DNA of 55,375 nt. Origin: an uncultured Candidatus Saccharibacteria bacterium. Lineage in GTDB: Bacteria > Patescibacteriota > Saccharimonadia > Saccharimonadales > AWTP1-31. Positions 16,323 to 25,900 of this stretch are shown here, piece by piece. Location: the NCBI GenBank assembly GCA_937903325.1, contig CALCZR010000051.1, positions 1 to 55,375 of the forward strand. Direction: 5' to 3'. The notes under the pieces are model-generated. The model worked only from the letters and a program-made list of their open reading frames with translations, had not been told where the DNA came from and searched no databases. Positions within the stretch are counted from its first letter, which is position 1; each line of letters begins with the position of its first letter. Position numbers and translations under genes: made by a program.

Positions 16323-16984
16323 TTATCTCCTAAATATGGGTGTACTGCAGATACTTTACCTAACATCTCGATATCTGAATCTGTATATACAGGTCTAAAT
16401 CTATTGACTATGCCTTCCCAAGTGCCTACAGATAGACCAAGTCTCTTTATTATATCACAGAGTACGATCTCTTCGATTATGATTGGTTGCTCGTCCCTCT
16501 CCTCATGGGGGTGAATATTTTGGGTGTACCTAGGATAGCCCTGTAACTTCTTGTATTTACTTTGGTCTATCCAGTACTTGTAATCTGACATCATCTTCTT
16601 GGCTGCATCGAATTTCATCCCGAATATTCCACCAGTTGGTACCTGCCCATGGGGAAATTTGATAATAGAGCCAAAGATATCGGCATCAGGTGGCTCCATA
16701 AACCTATCTAAAATTAGAGTATCTGGATCTATCTTAATAATATATTTGCAACCACTGATAAAGCCTTCGTTTATATACCTTATAAGCCAAAGTGCTCCAT
16801 ATTCCGCGATTTTAACCCTTTCAAATGACTTTACAGACACTCTAGGGTGTTGGTAGGTATACTGGGTACCATCCAAAAGTACCTTAATTACGCAGTCTGG
16901 ATAGAGATCTAACAATCTGTCTATTAATATAGTTGCAAGCTCTTGGTCCTTGTATACGTTTACTACAAAGCAATAATCTCTCAT
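16319..16984 (-). CDS. glycosyltransferase-like (GT-A fold) protein
   Basis: The N-terminal beta-strand is YCFVVNVY and the DxD-like motif is KIDPDT. ATG 16984 is TAATG-coupled. Assignment is by pattern only. Confidence 0.4.
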   Translation of the reverse strand: MRDYCFVVNVYKDQELATILIDRLLDLYPDCVIKVLLDGTQYTYQHPRVSVKSFERVKIAEYGALWLIRYINEGFISGCKYIIKIDPDTLILDRFMEPPDADIFGSIIKFPHGQVPTGGIFGMKFDAAKKMMSDYKYWIDQSKYKKLQGYPRYTQNIHPHEERDEQPIIIEEIVLCDIIKRLGLSVGTWEGIVNRFRPVYTDSDIEMLGKVSAVHPYLGDK

Positions 16985-19350
16985 TATTGCACCCACAGTA
17001 TGAGTTGAGATAACGGATACTTAGCTTCTACGTACACGTAGACGTCAGATGGATGAGTGTCAAAACTATCTATATCTATAGGGCAGGCAAAAGTCCTGTA
17101 CTGATCTTTCTTCTCAGGCATTGGTGATACAAGATAAGATACTGGATAATCCCAAATACCATTGTACTGAGGGAAAAACTGAGGCCCGTAAGACGAAAGA
17201 TCGTCACTCATAACCCTAACGATGAGAGTACTAATGTCACCCATATATCTACCCATTAAGACGCAACCATCCTTTTGCATTAGATCGGATAGGTTAAACT
17301 TGGCAATGTATTTACCAGTAATCCCCGTTTTGTCATCGGTCTCGTCTGGCCAGGCATTTTGCAAATACATCTTTTTAGCTATTTTTGGTAGGTCTGCAGA
17401 CGCATCAACAGTAGTTATAGGTCCAGTTACCTTCCTTAAGTCTATTGGTAGCTTTGCACTGTCTGATGAGCTTGGGCTAATCCTAGCCCACGGTTTCTGG
17501 CTGAAAAAGAAGAAATCCTTTGGATGTACGATTGTATCTGGGTTATACGGAGGCGGAACAAGCTCATAAAGAGTCTTTCCGTCCAATATGCCTGCTGCTA
17601 CATATGCATCATAGTCAGCTTTAGACGCAGGCCTTTTAACTCCAAATTGCTTCCATCTTTCTGCGCTACTATCGTGGTACGGGTCATAAGCTCCAAACCT
17701 TACCTGTGTTGTATTAAAATCAATCAGTCCATTATGATTACGTTCGTTCTTGTGGCCTAGAGCACAGTAGCCTTTGTATGCAGATGTTAGCCCAAAATAA
17801 CTAAGGAATGGTAAGTCTGCTACATCTACAAATATCTTGTTAAATGATCCACCGTTGGATTCGTAAACAATAATATGATCAGAGTCAAATGGTGTAAATA
17901 TAATACAGATAAGGCTATCGGATTCCCCGTAATTAAAGTGAGTCCACCCGTTCATTTTATTATTGCCCAACCTATCTGTGACTTCAATGCCATTTACTTC
18001 GGCTTTGAACCATGATAGATTGTCTATATTAAAAGTACCTAAATTACCTCTAGACCCAGTATATGGATAGACTATGTAGCTTCCAGCCGGATATACTTTT
18101 GATTTGTAAACATAGTTCTCGGTATTAGTCCAGTCTGGCGGATCTGAAAATACACCAGGTACAAGTGCTAAAGTCATAAAATACGGGATTAATGGACCAT
18201 CTCCTGGGGCCAGCAGTTTGTATTGAGCTGGCAGATAATTGTCCTCAACATCTACACCTCTGGCAATCACTTGATCGTCAGCTATCCAGATAGGTATATT
18301 TCCGCGCCAAGTCGGCATACCAATAATCTCAAATGATAAGTATATCACGGGGATTGGATATGGATTTCTCGGATCGCTAGTATAATGTTTAACATAATGA
18401 GCGCTCTCGCCAACAAGCACAGTGCCTAGGTCGCTATTCCAGAAGTAGAATCTTACCCGAACCCATCCAATCGAACTTGAGCCCAGTAGATAAGGAGTAG
18501 AAGCAGGATCTGGCGTGGTGATGCCAGTATTTAGATCAAACCTGCTAAATCTCGGGTCAATCCAATATGCATTAATACTGCCCGATGGCATGGTATGCCA
18601 TCTCAAAAGTGGATACGACAACCCTATGGTCCCCCAATCTGAGGCAGTCGTTGGTTCCGGGGCAGATTCTATACTTACCCATGGCCGGCTTGTTGGTCCA
18701 ATCAGCGGGAACGGTAGCAAATTGCTACCCAGAGGGGGGGGTGGATAATCATCCCCAACGACGTACCCAAGTTCCAACTGATTACACTTTTCTGTAGTTC
18801 TGTCAATTGAGTATCTATGGAGCCCATCAATAGTCCCATCTGCAGCCATGTTGTCCTGCAACGAAATAAGTCCAACCAGGCTATCGTTCGTACCTGGGTC
18901 ACTGAAAGAAGTTAGATGGAATTCCGTTGCCATACCCCTATTTATAGGATCCAATATTGGACTAACAACAAAATCATGAGTTACCATCTCATACTCACCA
19001 TATATATCAGAAAGCCTAATATGAGCCGGAGTTTGAGATGATCCAGCGTAAGATTTAGAAGATCCCATAATAAGCATATCGTCTTGCGGGATTGGCCTAA
19101 CCGACGGTCTATTGGGCTGCAGTCTGCCAGTTATATAGTTTTTGCAGTCAACCAAAAATGTTTGTCCTGGCCTAAGATTTATCCACTGTTTAGATGGATA
19201 TACGCTGCCATCTGTCGCCACAATCAGATCTTGCGAAATAGATGCCACAGTCTTTTCAACTATGGGACAATCATCGGCCTTATTTTTAGCTGTCTTTTCT
19301 GGTCTACATAAGCATAGTAATTTACAGCAACAGCTCATCCAATCGCCCAC
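16984..19350 (-). CDS. large tail / receptor-binding candidate protein (788 aa)
   Basis: Long open frame in the distal tail module. The N-terminus is Cys-rich (MSCCCKLLCLC). No recognisable catalytic motif. Confidence 0.6.
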   Translation of the reverse strand: MGDWMSCCCKLLCLCRPEKTAKNKADDCPIVEKTVASISQDLIVATDGSVYPSKQWINLRPGQTFLVDCKNYITGRLQPNRPSVRPIPQDDMLIMGSSKSYAGSSQTPAHIRLSDIYGEYEMVTHDFVVSPILDPINRGMATEFHLTSFSDPGTNDSLVGLISLQDNMAADGTIDGLHRYSIDRTTEKCNQLELGYVVGDDYPPPPLGSNLLPFPLIGPTSRPWVSIESAPEPTTASDWGTIGLSYPLLRWHTMPSGSINAYWIDPRFSRFDLNTGITTPDPASTPYLLGSSSIGWVRVRFYFWNSDLGTVLVGESAHYVKHYTSDPRNPYPIPVIYLSFEIIGMPTWRGNIPIWIADDQVIARGVDVEDNYLPAQYKLLAPGDGPLIPYFMTLALVPGVFSDPPDWTNTENYVYKSKVYPAGSYIVYPYTGSRGNLGTFNIDNLSWFKAEVNGIEVTDRLGNNKMNGWTHFNYGESDSLICIIFTPFDSDHIIVYESNGGSFNKIFVDVADLPFLSYFGLTSAYKGYCALGHKNERNHNGLIDFNTTQVRFGAYDPYHDSSAERWKQFGVKRPASKADYDAYVAAGILDGKTLYELVPPPYNPDTIVHPKDFFFFSQKPWARISPSSSDSAKLPIDLRKVTGPITTVDASADLPKIAKKMYLQNAWPDETDDKTGITGKYIAKFNLSDLMQKDGCVLMGRYMGDISTLIVRVMSDDLSSYGPQFFPQYNGIWDYPVSYLVSPMPEKKDQYRTFACPIDIDSFDTHPSDVYVYVEAKYPLSQLILWVQ

Positions 19351-19541
19351 TCATCATTTGATGTCTGCCGTACAGGTAGGCCGCCTTCGCCTACCTCCTG
19401 GTTTATACTAGATATTTTATACTTATCTGATGCCGGAACCACTACGCCGGCTATCAGCTCCCCGTCATCGTATATGTCTAATCTTAGCTGAACCATTCCG
19501 TTCGGTAGCCTTGACAATACAGTACCTTTATAGGTGATCAT
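19335..19541 (-). CDS. hypothetical small tail-module protein (68 aa)
   Basis: Open frame with overlapping coupling on both sides. Confidence 0.5.
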   Translation of the reverse strand: MITYKGTVLSRLPNGMVQLRLDIYDDGELIAGVVVPASDKYKISSINQEVGEGGLPVRQTSNDEWAIG

Positions 19542-22129
19542 GATGTACTCTCCATTGTAAAGTCAACCTCGCATGAGGAGGCCGTTATACTAATATTAAC
19601 AGATGTAGCCTGACCATATCGTTCTGGAACCACAGGTACAAAAAATGTGCCATTCGTTCTGGTTTTATTAACCAGCTTATTAACTTCAACATACTTTTCA
19701 GCCAGTCCCGCAAGGGTAGAAGTTAAACTTACTCCTGGCGCAGCCTGTAGGAATGGAAGATTAATAGTTATTGGATCACCTCTTCCGCTTGTATATAACG
19801 TGTATTTAGTTGGCTCATCATAAGAATACCCGTTTTTGATAATATCTGGCTCTTCGACACAGATTACGTCAGAGCCAGATTCGGATGTCTTATTGTTGCT
19901 TTTTGTTGCATACTCAGGTGGTGTATCTGTTTCCTCGAGTGCCGTATAAAGCGTCTCATTGTACGACTCTAGTGTAACACCATATTTTGTGGCCTCATCA
20001 TATGCGGGGTCCCCTATATCCTGCAGTGTTCTAACCCTTCTAGGCATCTCTGTCGATACCTCTTTGAGCCACCTGCCGCCACCTAGGGGTGTGTATTTTT
20101 CAACCATTGTAGATACTTTATATACAGGGTATCTATACACACCTATCCCGTTGATTCCTGTAGTTGCCACTTCAAGTCTCCTGCTTGATACAAAGTAATC
20201 AAGGGTTGCAGAAACGACTGTCTTACGCATTAGATATCCGGAATAATGGAACTGCTTAGTTACAGTCTCTGTTTCAACAATATCCTGTGGACCATCTAGG
20301 CTACCGAATAGCGCTATCCCCTCTATGTCTCTTTTAGACCTAACTGTAGTTATTCTGGTTGCTGTTAAATCAAACCTAGAATCAAGATATTCATAGCTAA
20401 TCTTCTCATTGTACTGTCTTTCCCATACATAATCCTGCCATCCACTCAACCTAGTTACTGTTATGTATCCATCTCTTTGTTTTGTCTGGTAACTGAGCTT
20501 CCCATTAGATTTCTTGCTTAAAGTTTTTTCAATAGCTATTGTGATATCATTCTGAGTTGTTTTCTCAACATGCAGATCCCTATTAAAGTTGCCAGCTAAT
20601 CTGAGCGTCAACAAGGAGCCATATATATATTTGGTCGTAGAAATAGAACCATTCGGATCCTTCTCAAACGTGTCGGAGTCAGACTCTTCAATATTAATTA
20701 CTTCGACTTCTCCACTTGGCTCTGTATCTAGGGGTGGCAACCACTTTCTATATGACGCACCCGTGATAATAATTGAACTAGGAAGTGTATATGACCCATC
20801 TGGCGGTATTGGCGTAGAAGAAGTTGTTCCACCATCATTTATCATTTCCACAGAATATTTATTGAGCAAGTTTGATTCTTCCATGAACCCCGAACTGAGT
20901 TTGCCACCCTCTACCGCAGCTTGGGTTTCAGCTATCTTATCTTTATGGCCAATGTAGACGACCCCACGTACGATCTTGTAAGTATAACCAACTGCACCCC
21001 AGAATTCATCCATGAAATCTAATGGCTTTTTGCCAGATGTACTAGCTGAGGTTCCTATAAGTGTACCTGCTGGATCTGGGTATCCACCATTTGTAATAAG
21101 GTTCTCAGCAAATATCTTAGAGCCGGGAAATGGAGGCGGAGAAACCAGTATATATGGTATTGGCAAATAAGATAATGCCTTTATAACAAGTTGATCTATG
21201 AGCATTGATCTATCATCATAGAGCGCTTTTTGTAACGGGAGGCATTTTAGTTTCTTGCGCAAGACTCTTTCTGCTCTATCTTTTTCTCTACGCCACTTAG
21301 CTTGATCCAATGGAGAGTACGATTTTTGGATCTCCCAAGGCACCAGCTCTGGCAATTCCGGCATCTTTTGACTAGGATCTTCGGTATTGGTATCCTCCAA
21401 GGTTGTATCTTTAAAGTAAAACCTAGTTGTCCATCCATTATTGGATTTGGTCTGCTGATATCCACCCACAGATTTAAAAGGACCATAAGTAGCTTGGTAT
21501 ACAGTTCCGTAAGCATCTGTTGCTTTGCTTGAGACGTATATATCTCCTGGCAGACTACTGATCCGTCCAAGTATCGTAATGTCACCCGTAGGCACCCCTG
21601 TATCTGTGTATGAGGCGTTAAAACTTATCATTGGATATGTTGCCATTGGTATACTTGGTGTATTAACAATATGGAAGACTAAGGATTCCCCTCCGAATGA
21701 TCCGTCACCCGTATTAGAGCCACCACCACTCGACCCCGGTCCTGGTCCCGTAGGTCCTGTTCCTGGATTTGTTCCAGCGCCCGGATTAGATACGGCCCCA
21801 GGTAATAATGCGGTGCTCCCAATCATCGATAGAGACAACTGATATAAGCCTGCCTTTTGTGTCGTACCAGACATATAAATACTATATGCGTAGTTATCCT
21901 TATTGGAAGTCTTACCCTCTAACGGAAGGGTAAGATAATAATTCATTGTTGCGCCAGACATCGCAAGCTGGAACTGATAGTTTGCCGTACGACCAACCAT
22001 GTCAAGGTTGAGACTATAGTTCTCGGTACGGCCAACCATATCGATACTGTACTCGTAATTGTCAGTACGACCTACTAGATCTAAGCTAAAAGTGTATGCA
22101 TCTAGGTCTGAATAGCCTAAAAATGGCAT
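19538..22129 (-). CDS. distal tail / baseplate-hub-like protein (863 aa)
   Basis: It lies downstream of the tape measure. The N-terminus has 13-aa repeats (NY.YSIDMVGRT) followed by a Gly/Pro-rich linker. Confidence 0.6.
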   Translation of the reverse strand: MPFLGYSDLDAYTFSLDLVGRTDNYEYSIDMVGRTENYSLNLDMVGRTANYQFQLAMSGATMNYYLTLPLEGKTSNKDNYAYSIYMSGTTQKAGLYQLSLSMIGSTALLPGAVSNPGAGTNPGTGPTGPGPGSSGGGSNTGDGSFGGESLVFHIVNTPSIPMATYPMISFNASYTDTGVPTGDITILGRISSLPGDIYVSSKATDAYGTVYQATYGPFKSVGGYQQTKSNNGWTTRFYFKDTTLEDTNTEDPSQKMPELPELVPWEIQKSYSPLDQAKWRREKDRAERVLRKKLKCLPLQKALYDDRSMLIDQLVIKALSYLPIPYILVSPPPFPGSKIFAENLITNGGYPDPAGTLIGTSASTSGKKPLDFMDEFWGAVGYTYKIVRGVVYIGHKDKIAETQAAVEGGKLSSGFMEESNLLNKYSVEMINDGGTTSSTPIPPDGSYTLPSSIIITGASYRKWLPPLDTEPSGEVEVINIEESDSDTFEKDPNGSISTTKYIYGSLLTLRLAGNFNRDLHVEKTTQNDITIAIEKTLSKKSNGKLSYQTKQRDGYITVTRLSGWQDYVWERQYNEKISYEYLDSRFDLTATRITTVRSKRDIEGIALFGSLDGPQDIVETETVTKQFHYSGYLMRKTVVSATLDYFVSSRRLEVATTGINGIGVYRYPVYKVSTMVEKYTPLGGGRWLKEVSTEMPRRVRTLQDIGDPAYDEATKYGVTLESYNETLYTALEETDTPPEYATKSNNKTSESGSDVICVEEPDIIKNGYSYDEPTKYTLYTSGRGDPITINLPFLQAAPGVSLTSTLAGLAEKYVEVNKLVNKTRTNGTFFVPVVPERYGQATSVNISITASSCEVDFTMESTS

Positions 22130-22130
22130 A

Positions 22131-22535
22131 TTAAACCTCTACGAAATTGATAAGGCCTGGTAAATTTGATGGTGAAACTGCTACCCCACCTGCTGGGCTC
22201 CATGTTACGTCTACTTGGAGTATGTCGTTAACTCGAAAGTCCGTTATGGTACTAGGTGTAAGCTCAGACAAGCTTGTCATACTATTCCACGCAAGCGTAT
22301 ACGTTCCTATAGTAGCTACACCGCGTTTATGGGTTACAGTTGCTGCTACTCCCTCTACTAGCACAGATGATGATACTCTTTGGGTCTGCATTACGAGGTC
22401 AAATGTCTCCGTACCCGTGTTCTTGGCGTCAAATTGTATAGCGGCAGAGCTTGCGCCAGGATCCACTTTTCCAAAAGAAACAAGTGAAATAGCTGTGGCT
22501 GTACCCCTAGTATATGTTGAAATCTGTTTGCTCAT
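22131..22535 (-). CDS. hypothetical tail protein (134 aa)
   Basis: Open frame in the tail module. The overlapping plus-strand ORF is a shadow. Confidence 0.55.
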   Translation of the reverse strand: MSKQISTYTRGTATAISLVSFGKVDPGASSAAIQFDAKNTGTETFDLVMQTQRVSSSVLVEGVAATVTHKRGVATIGTYTLAWNSMTSLSELTPSTITDFRVNDILQVDVTWSPAGGVAVSPSNLPGLINFVEV

Positions 22536-22536
22536 C

Positions 22537-22983
22537 TTACTCCTCCAGTAGTCCTATGGACATATCGTAGCTATAAAAATATCTCAATTCCTCGCCATCT
22601 AGTTGCACGAAGACAGGCTCTTTTAACATTATACACTTATTCCAGACCTTAGTGGACCCGTCGAACGTTGTGTAGTTTTCAGTCACAGTAAATGTGGCAG
22701 TAAGGATGTCGTCTAGGTTCCATAGGTTCATCAGGAGTTGAGCCATACTGCCAGGTATAGCATATCCATCTGGGGACTTTATGTTTAAAACTTTAACAAC
22801 TGCCTTTTTCCCAAATACGTAATATGTTTGTCCATTTATATTACTGCCAGTAGTAACAGCCCTTGGTCGCTCTAGGCTAACGCTACCCCTAGGGGGTAGG
22901 TAGCTATAGGGTACCAAAAGGGAGAGATCTTCAAACTTAATATCCTTAATTTGTAATTCATTGCTTATAACCGTCATTAGCAA
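22537..22983 (-). CDS. hypothetical tail protein immediately after the tape measure (148 aa)
   Basis: Open frame that overlaps the TMP stop. Its position is typical of a distal tail protein. Confidence 0.55.
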   Translation of the reverse strand: MLMTVISNELQIKDIKFEDLSLLVPYSYLPPRGSVSLERPRAVTTGSNINGQTYYVFGKKAVVKVLNIKSPDGYAIPGSMAQLLMNLWNLDDILTATFTVTENYTTFDGSTKVWNKCIMLKEPVFVQLDGEELRYFYSYDMSIGLLEE

Positions 22984-25900
22984 CCTCCTCCAAGATTTTC
23001 GAATTCATTCTTAATAAGTATCTTGATGTTTCTCCACAGTTTGGGTACGTCTTCTGGCGCCACCGACTGAGTATTCACATTCTGTGTTATATCGCCGAAG
23101 TTAAAGTTCACCGTCTTACTATTATCAACTGGTTGTAGACCAGATCTCTCTGGCGTAGATGGAGTAGGGGACTGAGGTACGTATGTGTCAGGCTTAGATA
23201 TCTCATCTTTTATAGATCTAAGTATATCTATTGCCCTCTCAGTATAGTCTCTCAGACTTCTTTGTGCAGCATCTGACCAGCTCTTGTTGGCTTCCAATAT
23301 TCTCTTAATAGCATCAGTTACGCCAGCAAGAGTATTGTCGCCAGATCTGCCTTTTGTATCTTTGAGCTGCTGTCTCAGTATTTCCGTAGCGAGCTCAGCC
23401 TGTTTTACTCTCTCTTCGTTTATCTTGATATTTGCAGCTAGGTCGCTCTCCCTTTGGTCTAATTCCATATTCTTCAGTCTGCCGGCATATCTTTCTTTAT
23501 ACTCTGCCTCAGCTTTTGTAGCTTGCGCCATAGCCTTTCTAGCCTCAAGTTCTGCTTTCTCTGCCTCAAGTATCTGCTGGCTTAGGTTAGCCTGTCTATC
23601 CGCGAATTGTTTAGCTGCCCTAGCTTGCTCACTTGCAAGGTCTGCCATCGCTTGAGAGGCTGCAGCCGCAGAGTATAATGATGTAGTTACTGCCTCGGCT
23701 TGATTTACTGATTCACGCGCAAGACCTATCTCTGCCTCTAGTTTTGCTATTGGTGCGCGTACCTTTAGTTTCTCAAGAGTCAACCTGTCTGCTGCCATTA
23801 CTGTGGCCTGATCGTATTTATCAAATCGCCTTTGGTACTCCTTTAATACATCGGCTTCGGTCTTCTTGTATACCGCAGCAGCCTCTATCTCCATATCGGC
23901 TCTAATATTTCTTGCTGTAGCTATTTTCTCTGTGGCTTTAGCCTCTTGCTCGGCCGCTCTCTTTTGTGCCATGTATGTTTCAAGTTCTGTTTTCGCGATA
24001 TTATCTTTGTTTTTAATCTTCTTTTGATTGATCGCTTTGCTAATTTCTCCTTCTACTCTTGCGTTCTCTAGCTTGTTGGTGGCTATCTGTTCGTTAACCT
24101 CAGCTTCCTTGAGTTTAGCTTTGTACAAGGCTTGATTGGCAGCCACCTCCTCTTTCGCTGACGCGGCTCGAATTTCGTTTTGTATAGCGATCGCTTTTAC
24201 AGCCTCTGCGTTATATCTATTATCTATTGCTATGCCTTCATTAATTAATTTCTGTTGAGTCAAGTACTCTTTAGCTAAATCTTCGGCAAGTTTTTTATTT
24301 GTAGCGCTGCTAGCATTGTTATCTATAAAACTTAGTTTTGATGGATCATTCAGCTTGCTAAAATCTCTATTCTCCTGCTTAGGTTGAGCATTGCTAGATA
24401 GATCCTTGATCATCGGACTTCCATTTTGGAAAGTTTTTACAAATAGATTTAGAGCATTAGCTAGATTATTCTGCGATTCATTTATAGCATCCTGCCTAGC
24501 TTTTTTAGCCTCTTCTTCTGCTTTTGCTATTTCGCTTGCTTTCTTCCTTGCCAGAGTTATAACTTTAGGATCTAAACCAAATCCGTCCGATATAGACTTC
24601 TTAATCTCTGATCCCGCAGCCTCAGCAGCGCTATTAAAGTTTTTAACAAAGCCTTGCCTGTCTTGCTCTGCGCTTGTAAGGTCATTTAATGCAGACGAGA
24701 TCATTTGAGCAGTAGCCGTGCTGTCTTTAAGTAGGCTACTTAGACGGGTAGCTAATTGCGTTTTAAGTTGAGAGGCTGAATTTATTAGATCTTCATATAC
24801 AGCCATCTGTTCTCTGGCATTTGATTTTGTAAGTGGCTCAGCAGCTGCTGAGAAAACCTGTTGCGCAGACATTACACTCTTAGATAGAGTTATTGCATTT
24901 TGTATTTGGTCTTCATAGGCCTTTGCCAAACTGTCTAGAGCAGATCTTTGACTCTGTATGGCAGAGGTCATCTGAGATATAGCATTCGTTGCCGTTGAAA
25001 CATCCGATGCAAGTATCTGCCCGTTGTTGCTTAATTTAGATAGTATTTCATTGGCCATATTGCCGGCTTGACTCAGTGTCCTGTTGGCATCTGATAGTGC
25101 TCGCTGTGCCTGGATAACGCCAGAATCTATGCCGGATGGCTGATACGACAGGGCATTTCCAAGATTGAATTGTGCATTTGCAAGTTGCTCTCTGACTCTA
25201 ATATCGTTAATCTCTGCATCTCTAAGTTGTTTGCGTGCATCCACTTCTTTGGCAATTGCATCTAAATACTGTGACTGCAACTGATTCCTTTCTTTGGCAT
25301 TTGCGATCTGCTCATCAATCGACCTAGCAGGCTTGCTGTCTAACAGCTCTATTTCCTTAAGCTTTTGAGCTCTTTCTGAGATTGCAGAGTTTATAGCTAA
25401 CTGTGCATCTAGTACTGTATTGCCATCTGAGCCCTGTAGTTTAAGATTTACGGACGCCTGTTTTTCGAGCAGCTGAATTTGACTATTCTGGAGATCTAGT
25501 TGGGACTTTTGCCTACTATAAATAGCATCTTCTATTGCCGACATATCCCTTCTGATGTCGGCCTGTTTTTGCAGCACAGTTATAAGGGCAGCGTTCCTTT
25601 CTTCCTGATTCTTGGCCATAGCAAGTTTTGTATTTGCAACAGCAAGGTCCATTTGGTCTACCAGTAGCTTTTGCTGTGCACTTTTTACGATATCCTTCTC
25701 GGCTCCAGATATCGCAGCACTTAAAGCGAGTTGCGCCTGTGCAATAGCAGTTTGTTGCTCCATGGACTTGATTATTTTCTGCTTCTGCGCATCCTCTAGT
25801 CTAGCTCTATCTTGTGCAGCTTTGATTTGAGCATTTACTAAGTCTAATTCAGCCTTTTGTCTATCGTCATTATTTGTAGCAAGCGCTAGTTTTTGCTGCG

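Noticed and set aside
19300-19350. Cys-rich N-terminus (MSCCCKLLCLC) of the 788-aa tail protein as a possible lipidation or metal site.
   Set aside because: The true start codon is uncertain (19350 or 19338, or further downstream). The stretch overlaps the upstream gene, so it may not be translated.
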